This document shows positions 56,722-64,000 of a stretch of 64,000 nt of DNA, piece by piece (positions within the stretch are counted from its first letter, which is position 1; every line of letters begins with the position of its first letter). Source of the stretch: Candidatus Methanomethylicaceae archaeon (GTDB lineage: Archaea > Thermoproteota > Methanomethylicia > Methanomethylicales > Methanomethylicaceae). Both the position numbers and the translations under genes were made by a program. The notes beneath the pieces were generated by a model that saw only the letters and a list, made by a program, of their open reading frames with translations, had not been told where the DNA came from and searched no databases. Location of the stretch: the NCBI GenBank assembly GCA_026414165.1, contig JAOAJN010000003.1:68172-132171 (forward strand). The letters run 5' to 3'.

Positions 56722-57018
56722 ATATCAACATAATAAATAGGACTTTCCCTCTATAAATCTGCATCTGAAAAGCCCATCAAGGATTATCAAATTTGTAGGT
56801 AACAGCAAGTAGATTTATTTTGATTTTCTGTCGCTGATGGTTGTATAAAGTGTTGCTTTTAAAGACGCAAAAAAGCCTTTGCATACCATTGCTAAACCAG
56901 ATTAGGAAATATTTGAGGTACAGGAAGGAGCCAAAACAGTTAGTTATAACATTATCCTTAAATTTAGCTCCATCTTAGGAGCGGAATTCGTCCGCCCATG
57001 AGTGCATTCTCTAGGATT

Positions 57019-57804
57019 TCATGAAAAACTTTCCATCGACGGGATAATAAATGAGCCGTCAGTGTGTTTGACTATTCTTACACTGATCTCGTAAATAGTT
57101 TCTATTTTTTCCCTCGTGACAACCGAATGTGGTGGACCGACTGCAAAGATAGAGCCATTTTTCATAAGTGCTACGGCGTCGGAAAACATTATGGCTTGGT
57201 TTGGGTCATGTAGACTCATTATCACGCCAATGCCATTCTCCCTTGAAATGCGTCTCACCATATCAAGAACCAAAAATTGGTTCTTGAAGTCGAGATGGGC
57301 GGTGGGCTCGTCCAAGAGCAGAAGCTTTGGTTCCTGGGCAATCGCCCTTGCTATTAGTGCAAGCTGCCTCTCGCCCCCGCTCAGCTGGTCATATGGGCGA
57401 TGACCAAGGTGAGATAGACCCACCATGCGCAGTGCCTGCTCTGCGATCTGCTGATCCAGATTTGAGGGTTGCTGGAAGAATTCGAGGTGAGCTGTTCTCC
57501 CCATCAATACAAGATCCAGTGTAGAATATGGAAAGGGGGGCACGTGAGCTTGGGGCACATATCCTACAAGACGTGCGATCTCCCACCTCTTCAATTCGTG
57601 GGCGTTTTTTCCGTCGATTAGCACTTTGCCTTTTTCGGGTTTGAGAAGAGCGTTTATACACTTCAGTAGAGTTGTCTTTCCGCATCCATTTGGACCCAAG
57701 AGGGCAAGGACTGTCCCCGCTTCGACATTTAAAGTTATGGAGCTCAGCTTGAAACTGCCTCCATAAGAAAAAGAAAGGTCTTTTACCGAAACTATTGTCT
57801 CCAA
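57019..57804 (-). CDS. ABC transporter ATPase, iron-siderophore/cobalamin (FepC/BtuD) type
   Basis: GPNGCGKTT, LSGGERQ, LLLDEP and LHDPNQA (the H-loop typical of the FecE/BtuD group). Confidence 0.85.
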   Translation of the reverse strand: METIVSVKDLSFSYGGSFKLSSITLNVEAGTVLALLGPNGCGKTTLLKCINALLKPEKGKVLIDGKNAHELKRWEIARLVGYVPQAHVPPFPYSTLDLVLMGRTAHLEFFQQPSNLDQQIAEQALRMVGLSHLGHRPYDQLSGGERQLALIARAIAQEPKLLLLDEPTAHLDFKNQFLVLDMVRRISRENGIGVIMSLHDPNQAIMFSDAVALMKNGSIFAVGPPHSVVTREKIETIYEISVRIVKHTDGSFIIPSMESFS

Positions 57805-58829
57805 GAGCCTCCACCCCTTTTCTTCAGAAGATAAAGGAAGAAAGGTGCTCCGATTATTGTTGTTATTACGCCTACTGGAAGTTCATATGATGTAAGGGAC
57901 CTCGCAACATCATCTGCCAAAAGGAGAAAAACCCCGCCTAAGCTGGCAGAAATTGGTATTACAATTCGATTGTCAGGAGTTCTTACCAGCATCCTTACCA
58001 AGTGAGGGATCACCAAACCCACCCAACCTATAATTCCAGCTACAGAGACGAATGATGAGACCATGAGGGTCGTGGTTAGCAAGACTACGAGCCGATCCCT
58101 CTCGACATTTATGCCAAGGGACTTCGCCTCTTCGTCGCCCATAGAAAGGACATTAAGGCGCCAACGCATGAGAGTGATTATGAGGAAGGAGAGCAATATG
58201 AGTGGCACCGAGTACAGTACCTCTTTCCAGCCAGAGACGGCCATGCTCCCCATGAGCCAGTAGACGACACTTGATAGCTTCTCTGGAACGGTAAAGAATT
58301 TGATCATGGAGAGAGCGGCAGAGAAGAGCGCCGTCACGATCACACCAGCTAAAACCAACGAAACCGTTGATGCTTGTCCCCGGTCTCGCGCCACAAAATA
58401 GGTCAACATGAATGCCATGAATGAGAACAGGAAGGCAAAGAGTTGGGTCAGACCGATAATGTTTGGAAGAAATGCAATAGCAAGCGCTGCTCCCAGCCCA
58501 GCCCCAGCTGACAAGCCCAGTATGTACGAATCGACTAAAGGGTTTTTGAAAACAGATTGTAAAGAAGCGCCAGAGACAGAGAGAGCGATCCCACCAAAAA
58601 GAGCCAGAAGAATCCTAGGTAGTCTAATCATAAAGATGACATCTCGGTATATTTGAGTTTGAGAGGAGTCGGAGTTAAGGAATGGAGCGATGCCCTGAAA
58701 CAGAATCGCTAGTAATTCATCAAACGGAATTTGGTAGGAGCCGATGGTTAATGACAGAAAAAAGACCGGCAAAGGCAGTAAGAGAAGCAGAAGGAAGACG
58801 CTCTTTCTGAGGCGGGGCAATTGTGCCAC
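57792..58829 (-). CDS. ABC transporter permease, FecCD/BtuC family
   Basis: About 345 aa and polytopic. It has FecCD-like segments (RLPRILLALFGGIALSVSGASLQSVFKNPLVDSYILG). Confidence 0.85.
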   Translation of the reverse strand: MAQLPRLRKSVFLLLLLLPLPVFFLSLTIGSYQIPFDELLAILFQGIAPFLNSDSSQTQIYRDVIFMIRLPRILLALFGGIALSVSGASLQSVFKNPLVDSYILGLSAGAGLGAALAIAFLPNIIGLTQLFAFLFSFMAFMLTYFVARDRGQASTVSLVLAGVIVTALFSAALSMIKFFTVPEKLSSVVYWLMGSMAVSGWKEVLYSVPLILLSFLIITLMRWRLNVLSMGDEEAKSLGINVERDRLVVLLTTTLMVSSFVSVAGIIGWVGLVIPHLVRMLVRTPDNRIVIPISASLGGVFLLLADDVARSLTSYELPVGVITTIIGAPFFLYLLKKRGGGSWRQ

Positions 58830-59879
58830 CTATTTACTATAGTAGGTTGAGATAAGAAGATCCGATACGAGATCAACATTTAGGTCACTGAAATATTTTG
58901 GCTGGATCATCTTCGCCAACTTCATCTCTCCAATCAACATCCTTGGTCCCCAGTCCAGATACGCACCCTCTGTTCTAGATCCGATCAGGACCGTGTAGAC
59001 GCGTGAGTCTTTAACTGCCTTCAGGTTGCCCCAGACGCTACTTTTCATGATCAAGTCGAGTTGAGATTTGAGGGCCGCGTCATCATAGCCGACAATAATT
59101 ATTATATCAGGGTTCCAGACCAAAAGTGTCTCTAGATTTATTTTTGGCCACGACTGGCTAGGGAAGCTTCTGAGTGCTATGTTTATTCCGCCTACGTCCT
59201 CCACAATCTTTCCCCATGTGCTGTTTCCATAAGCCGTCAGAAGGCCATCTTTCTCAACTCTGCAGAGAAGGACTGTGGGTCGCTCATTGGCAGGTATTCT
59301 GGATGTCGTGGAGATTAACACAGAGTGTCTAATCTCCAAGAAGTTTATGAGGGATTCTGCTCTTGCCTCAGTGCCAAATATTTTGCCTAAAAGTCTTATT
59401 GCGTTGATCTGATCATTAAAGTTGTTTGAGTACATGCAGATAACAGGAATGCCGAGGGACTCTAATGACTTTATGATATCGCCACTCTTACCGTATCCGA
59501 AGTCCATGATAACGACATCTGGCTTTAAGGATAGAATGGTCTCAAGGTTCACTCCTCCGAATAGGTCGCCAACCACTGGGCGCTCCCTAACAGCTTTAGG
59601 AATGTATATGGATGATATGGTGTATTTGTCTATGCCCACAATCTTGTCGGAGACCCCTAATGTCGAAGCGATCTCATTCCAATAAGAGTTCAAAATCACG
59701 GCTCTGTTTACGGGTACTGAGAGAGCAACACTCCGACCGGACATATCCTGAATTGTGATTGAAGAGGGCAGAGTATTTATTGGAAAGTTTGCAATTGTTA
59801 GGAAGAAGCCTGCTGAGACGATTAGTGTTGTCAGGGCGAGTATAACAATAACAGGTCTGATGCGCAAATCTTTCACCAC
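58830..59879 (-). CDS. Periplasmic-binding-protein type 2 (BtuF/FepB-like) substrate-binding protein
   Basis: An N-terminal anchor, then the pattern IVGIDKYT...LKPDVVI...WNPDIIII. It has a GTG start. Confidence 0.8.
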   Translation of the reverse strand: MVKDLRIRPVIVILALTTLIVSAGFFLTIANFPINTLPSSITIQDMSGRSVALSVPVNRAVILNSYWNEIASTLGVSDKIVGIDKYTISSIYIPKAVRERPVVGDLFGGVNLETILSLKPDVVIMDFGYGKSGDIIKSLESLGIPVICMYSNNFNDQINAIRLLGKIFGTEARAESLINFLEIRHSVLISTTSRIPANERPTVLLCRVEKDGLLTAYGNSTWGKIVEDVGGINIALRSFPSQSWPKINLETLLVWNPDIIIIVGYDDAALKSQLDLIMKSSVWGNLKAVKDSRVYTVLIGSRTEGAYLDWGPRMLIGEMKLAKMIQPKYFSDLNVDLVSDLLISTYYSK

Positions 59880-59914
59880 GGGATGGAAAAGCTGCTTTTT
59901 TTATTAAATTTTGT

Positions 59915-59928
59915 GTTTCATATGAAAC
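59915..59928. promoter_or_regulatory. Perfect 14-bp palindrome GTTTCATATGAAAC upstream of the btuF/fepB-like operon
   Basis: Read directly. It lies 36-49 nt upstream of the GTG start at 59879, next to an A/T-rich TATA-like stretch (59901-59912). Confidence 0.3.
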
Positions 59929-60062
59929 AGTTTTGAGGTAGGAAGCGATATCACTACATGAGTGCTCATCCTACCAAGGTAGCCGTATTGCCAAGATTAA
60001 AATTCTATGCTAAATCAATATTAAAAATATAAAACTTGATGTGGATGATTTAAATTTCAGTT

Positions 60063-61499
60063 TTAACCGATTCTTTTAGGAGATGCGGAGAGCGATTTCA
60101 TTAGAAGCGCTTTTCCAAAATCAATCAGTAGCTGCACATCATACCTATTTTTAGCCTCAGCGTAGATCCTCACAACATTCTCAGTCCCAGACTTTCTGAG
60201 TAAGATCCATGATCCTTCTTCCAATAGGATCTTCAAGCCATCAATTCTGTTTGTGCCAATAACCCTCTTGCCCAGAATTGCTTCTGGAATTTCGACGTCT
60301 TCTAATCGAATTTCATGGGCAGGATCAATCACAAGATCTAACCTACGGGACTCTAAGTATCCATATTCCCTGTACATCTCATTTATGAGAGTTTGGAGAG
60401 GCACACCACTTGACTCCGCCGATTCCAATAAGAGGAGTGCAGAAGCGATTCCATCCTTTTCAGGAATATGTGAGGCGAAACTTATGCCGCCACTCTCTTC
60501 CCCTCCAATAACCACCGAGCCGTCCCTTAGGAGTGAGCTAATATACTTGAAGCCCACAGGTGTCTCTATCACTCGCCTACCAAACCTTTTAGCGACGGAG
60601 TCTATCAGGTGCGATGTTGCAACAGTTCGAGCAGCATCACCAATCATGGAGCGCCTCTCGCATATGTGGGCATAAAGTAGTGGCAGGATCTGGTTTGCCA
60701 TCAGAAAAGTGCCTTGGTCGGTAACTGCCGCTAGTCTGTCTCCGTCCCCGTCAAAGGCAAATCCTATTTGGCATTTTTCTGAAAGAACCTTGGCCAGAAG
60801 TGGTTCTAAATTCTGAGGGACAGGATCTGGAGAGATCCCTCCAAAATTAGGGTCGATGTTGCCTCTAACAATTACAGTCTCAACGCCAAGTTCCTTGAAG
60901 GCTCTATCTGCAATGCCAGAAGTACTGCCGTGCATGGGGTCCAAAGCCACCTTCAAGTTTGAGGTTTTGATACTTAAGATAGATTTCAGATGTAGGAGAT
61001 ATTCAGGCATCGGGTCTAATGTGGAGATCAGACCCTCGCGTTCCAAGTGTTCATACTCCCTACATTTGGGCGGACTCTCGGTAAGTAATGACTCGATCTT
61101 TGAGGTTATGTCGGTCGAAGCGGGTCCGCCGTATTCGGGTATGAACTTTATACCGTTATAAACAGGAGGGTTATGTGAGGCAGTTATCATGACCGCACCA
61201 TCGAGTGAGAAGTGAATCGTTGCGAATGCTGCGAGGGGCGTGGTCACAGGGCGGGGTGGAAGAAAGGAGGGTATGTCGTAAGAAGATAGCACTTCGGCAC
61301 AAGCCATTGCGAAGGACCTTGAGCCCTCACGCCCGTCGTATCCTATGAATATCCCTTTATTCCTTCCCGAAAGAAGCAGGTACTGGGCGATTGCCCCGGA
61401 GACTATTCGCACATTGATATCGTTAAAATCAACATCAGTTCTTGATCGCCACCCGTCTGTGCCGAATGATATTTTTTTCCGAGGCAATCCGCCCACCAA
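60063..61499 (-). CDS. Phosphoglucomutase/phosphomannomutase family protein
   Basis: GTDGWR and the active-site motif TASHNPPVYNGIKF, plus FDGDGDR and GGEESGG. Confidence 0.85.
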   Translation of the reverse strand: MVGGLPRKKISFGTDGWRSRTDVDFNDINVRIVSGAIAQYLLLSGRNKGIFIGYDGREGSRSFAMACAEVLSSYDIPSFLPPRPVTTPLAAFATIHFSLDGAVMITASHNPPVYNGIKFIPEYGGPASTDITSKIESLLTESPPKCREYEHLEREGLISTLDPMPEYLLHLKSILSIKTSNLKVALDPMHGSTSGIADRAFKELGVETVIVRGNIDPNFGGISPDPVPQNLEPLLAKVLSEKCQIGFAFDGDGDRLAAVTDQGTFLMANQILPLLYAHICERRSMIGDAARTVATSHLIDSVAKRFGRRVIETPVGFKYISSLLRDGSVVIGGEESGGISFASHIPEKDGIASALLLLESAESSGVPLQTLINEMYREYGYLESRRLDLVIDPAHEIRLEDVEIPEAILGKRVIGTNRIDGLKILLEEGSWILLRKSGTENVVRIYAEAKNRYDVQLLIDFGKALLMKSLSASPKRIG

Positions 61500-61931
61500 T
61501 CATCGGACAATAATTATTGTGCATGGCAGGCTGATGGCGAGGGATATTGTGACGCTTCCCATAAGTATGCCACGTTCGCCGGAATATCCCCGAGATCCCA
61601 GTATTGCCAAGTCATAGCGCCCTCTAACAACCTCATCGTAGATCTCTGATGCGACAGAACTCTGGTTCCATTCTGCAATTTTCAGTATCTTCTTCGCGAT
61701 CAGACCGAAACACTTGCACTTAGATTCTGCTGCCTCGAGTATGGACTCGCCAGACTTCTTTAGTTCCTCTATCGCCTGATGAGAGGTCAGGTTTGGAGGG
61801 GGGATTATTACGTGCATTAGAGTGATTTTGGCTCCGTCACGCATCCCAAACTCTAAGGCAAGGTCAAGCGCCCTCATAGAGGCAGGAGACCCGTCGATCG
61901 GAACGAGTATGTTCTTAAAGATCGTCTTCAC
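61500..61931 (-). CDS. Universal stress protein (UspA family)
   Basis: ILVPIDGS...DLAILGSRGYSG...GSVT are the Usp motifs. Confidence 0.8.
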   Translation of the reverse strand: MKTIFKNILVPIDGSPASMRALDLALEFGMRDGAKITLMHVIIPPPNLTSHQAIEELKKSGESILEAAESKCKCFGLIAKKILKIAEWNQSSVASEIYDEVVRGRYDLAILGSRGYSGERGILMGSVTISLAISLPCTIIIVR

Positions 61932-62947
61932 CTCCCTATTCCTAAAGATTCGTTTGTGAGGCGCATTGACTCCTCCGGATCCTCAGTCAGCCTTGTCATA
62001 GCTCTAATGGCATCTATATTTTCAGGGACCACGATGGCCTCTTGGTGCACAGCCTGTGTGAGGTAGATCTCTTTTCCAAAGGACTTCACAGACTCTTTCC
62101 AAACCACTAGCTCAGGCAGATCATAACGGGCTCTGCCCATATCCCTGGCATATTCGATTATTGTTGAGGTAGAGTCCACACCGTCTTGTGCAGAAATTAT
62201 CTTTATTCGCGGGTACCGAGAGAGCACATCTAATACGTCTCCCTCGGTCGCGGGGTTATTTAGTTCAAGGTTCAGAACATGTACGTGCATCAGAGTCTCT
62301 GGCACGGCGAAAGCCATTGTGGTTATATCTATATGCGGCAGCACTTTCTGAACGTCTGGACCATGATGGGACGGGATTGTCACCGGGTCAGGAACTATGC
62401 TGTTAATGGGACCCTTCGAGTCCTCTGCAGGGTCGGCGCCACGCCTAATTAAGACTACCCTCGCCTTCTTTATGCCAAATATCCTATCTATGGCGTATAG
62501 GGAGCGGCAGAGACCTGTAGTGTTGCAGGAAACCACCCTCACGAAATCTCTTCCAATGGCATCCTTGTAATTGCAGACAGCATTGAAGGAAAAGCCGGCA
62601 ACATCGTGCTTTTCTCCGCCCTGGAATATCGCCTTTATCTTGTACTTCTCGTAGAGGGGCTTATATGATGCCCCAACCTTTCCTGGTGTGCAATCAACCA
62701 CGAGATCGGCTTCTTTGAGAAGGTCCTCAAGTGTGCCCTGGACTTTGAGGGCAGCATCTTCGAAAGCCTTTAGGCGGTCCTGTGATGTTGTGAAGAGTCT
62801 TATCCCCTTGTTAACTGCTAACCTCCCTTCGAAGTTAGGCTTTGTCTTCGTCACGCCCACAAGCTCCATATCTTTTTGCTTCAGGATCGCGTCGGCGACC
62901 CTCTTTCCAATCGTTCCGTAACCATTTACCGCGACCTTGATAGGCAT
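61928..62947 (-). CDS. gap: Archaeal type II glyceraldehyde-3-phosphate dehydrogenase
   Basis: KVAVNGYGTIGKRVADA...VSCNTTGL. The archaeal GAPDH length is ~340 aa. Confidence 0.9.
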   Translation of the reverse strand: MPIKVAVNGYGTIGKRVADAILKQKDMELVGVTKTKPNFEGRLAVNKGIRLFTTSQDRLKAFEDAALKVQGTLEDLLKEADLVVDCTPGKVGASYKPLYEKYKIKAIFQGGEKHDVAGFSFNAVCNYKDAIGRDFVRVVSCNTTGLCRSLYAIDRIFGIKKARVVLIRRGADPAEDSKGPINSIVPDPVTIPSHHGPDVQKVLPHIDITTMAFAVPETLMHVHVLNLELNNPATEGDVLDVLSRYPRIKIISAQDGVDSTSTIIEYARDMGRARYDLPELVVWKESVKSFGKEIYLTQAVHQEAIVVPENIDAIRAMTRLTEDPEESMRLTNESLGIGR

Positions 62948-62968
62948 ATCTCTACACCTGCTATTATA

Positions 62969-64000
62969 TTATAACCTGTCTGCTTTAAACTTCTGCGCGG
63001 AAACCGCTAGAACCTCAATGGCAGGCAGCCGCTCACCTGATAGGAATGCAATGAAGGCCCCTCCCCCGGTGCTGAAGTAATCAATTTTTTCGGATATACC
63101 AAGTCTCTCAGAGATAGCCCTCAAATGTCCGCCGCCCAGCAGGGTTTTAGCTCCGCTCTTGACTACTGCCTTTAGAAGCTCCTCGGAGCCCTTAGAGAAC
63201 CTCTGATCCTCGATGTAGCCAGCTGGACCGCGCATTATGACCACTTTGGCGCCATTTATTATGCTTGAATAGAGTTCAACTGTTTTGCTACCAATATCGT
63301 ATATTGGAGAGTGATCCTGCGCATCCCTGAGAGGCAGCTCAACCCGCTCATCTGACCTCAAAATGGCAATGTCCACAGGAGTCACGATTTTGTCGGGGTA
63401 GTTTCTTAAGAGATTCTGGGCCCTGGGCAACAGAGAATAAAGACCCTTCCCCTCTATGATCTTCACAGTGGCCTTACCGAGGCGCTCCCCCTTTGCTATA
63501 AGGAATAGATGAGAGACCAAACCTGTGAGTAGAACTTTATCGGCGACCCCCTTCGGCAGGAGTGCTTCCATCAGCTGGACTGAGTCGGCGACCTTGCCGC
63601 CGCCTAAAACAAATATGCAGGGCTTTGAGGCTGTGCTCATGACTTCGCTGAGGAAGCATACCTCCTTTTGAAGAAGTCTCCCGCCGCAGGATGGTAAGAC
63701 CATGGGAAAACCTGTGAGGGAGGGATGGGACCTGTGAGAGGTCGCAAATGCATCATTTACGTAGAGAGAGAACAGGGGGGCAAGATAGCGAACTAGGTAA
63801 GTTTTTGCCTGAGCTTCAGGGACTTTTTCGATGCTCTCCTCGGCATAAAAACGAACGTTCTCAAGCAAGATCACGTTACCTGGCTTTGACGATGAGATTG
63901 CAGAGCGGGCTGCAGGTCCAAAAACATCCTCCACGTAGTTAACGTCTGTGTTCAGGCATTTTGAGAGGATTGCCGCATGGTTTTCTAGCGTCGTAAAATC
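62969..64000 (-). CDS. pgk: Phosphoglycerate kinase, C-terminal 344 codons (5' end beyond the window)
   Basis: LLENVRFYAEE...VNDAFATSHR...GGGKVADS...STGGGAF. The frame stays open through 64000 (...TTLENHAAILSKCLNTDVNYVEDVFGP), so the M at 63934 is an internal GTG (Val). Confidence 0.9.
   Translation of the reverse strand, partial: DFTTLENHAAILSKCLNTDVNYVEDVFGPAARSAISSSKPGNVILLENVRFYAEESIEKVPEAQAKTYLVRYLAPLFSLYVNDAFATSHRSHPSLTGFPMVLPSCGGRLLQKEVCFLSEVMSTASKPCIFVLGGGKVADSVQLMEALLPKGVADKVLLTGLVSHLFLIAKGERLGKATVKIIEGKGLYSLLPRAQNLLRNYPDKIVTPVDIAILRSDERVELPLRDAQDHSPIYDIGSKTVELYSSIINGAKVVIMRGPAGYIEDQRFSKGSEELLKAVVKSGAKTLLGGGHLRAISERLGISEKIDYFSTGGGAFIAFLSGERLPAIEVLAVSAQKFKADRL

Noticed and set aside
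56171-56740. A 189-aa plus-strand ORF covering the whole of tandem paralogue A.
   Set aside because: Its S/L/F/I-rich composition is typical of the antisense of a K/E-rich gene. The minus-strand reading gives two equal-length, mutually similar proteins, which supports the minus strand.
1-64000. A scan for rRNA, tRNA, CRISPR arrays, transposases, integrases, toxin-antitoxin pairs or recognisable defence systems.
   Set aside because: None was recognised by eye. All long spacers are AT-rich promoter or terminator-like DNA without repeat-spacer periodicity or cloverleaf-like segments. A covariance-model scan (tRNAscan-SE or Infernal) would be needed to exclude small RNAs.

Overview
This is a gene-dense archaeal chromosomal window with frequent TTG/GTG starts and many stop/start overlaps. 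I recognised no rRNA, tRNA, CRISPR array, transposase or integrase. All family calls come from motifs read in the translations; no search or HMM was run.

Positions ~2,000-31,500 are dominated by methyl-coenzyme M reductase (MCR) biology:
- The structural operon mcrB-mcrG-mcrA lies on the minus strand (31298->27504) and lacks mcrC and mcrD.
- A separate divergent locus carries a short mcrD-like gene, mcrC and mmp5 on the minus strand. Facing it on the plus strand are mmp3, mmp6, mmp17, mmp7, an A2-like double ABC ATPase, a RACo/DUF4445-type [2Fe-2S]-ASKHA reductive activase, and a 184-aa unknown.
- A third locus carries mmp15, ycaO, tfuA and a canonical zinc-ribbon atwA (component A2), with mmp2 convergent.
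- Immediately upstream of mcrBGA sits a NitT/TauT (sulfonate-type) ABC transporter plus an XRE regulator. Immediately downstream of mcrA is a small Cys-motif gene.
- Housekeeping genes are interspersed: trpB2, tpiA, nadE, thiDN with a divergent ThiR-like regulator, and a DRG GTPase.

The second half is mostly core metabolism and information processing:
- porCDAB, signal peptidase, TBP, leuA/cimA, CDC48 and gatCAB.
- An orphan ACD beta subunit, a PfkB kinase and a Zn-ADH.
- A corrinoid/siderophore-type ABC transporter.
- A pgk-gap-usp-pgm operon.

That half is interrupted by an AT-rich patch (~53.0-55.6 kb). The patch holds a type IV pilin-like gene and apparent gene debris. It is followed by two tandem 191-aa paralogues of unknown function.

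The most interesting candidates are:
- the A2-like / RACo-like / orf184 sub-operon embedded in the MCR-activation cluster;
- the two divergent A2 paralogues;
- the genes flanking mcrBGA;
- an ORF interrupted by an in-frame amber codon at 36010-36012.

Lineage cannot be determined here. The layout does not look like the classic mcrBDCGA arrangement of euryarchaeal methanogens.
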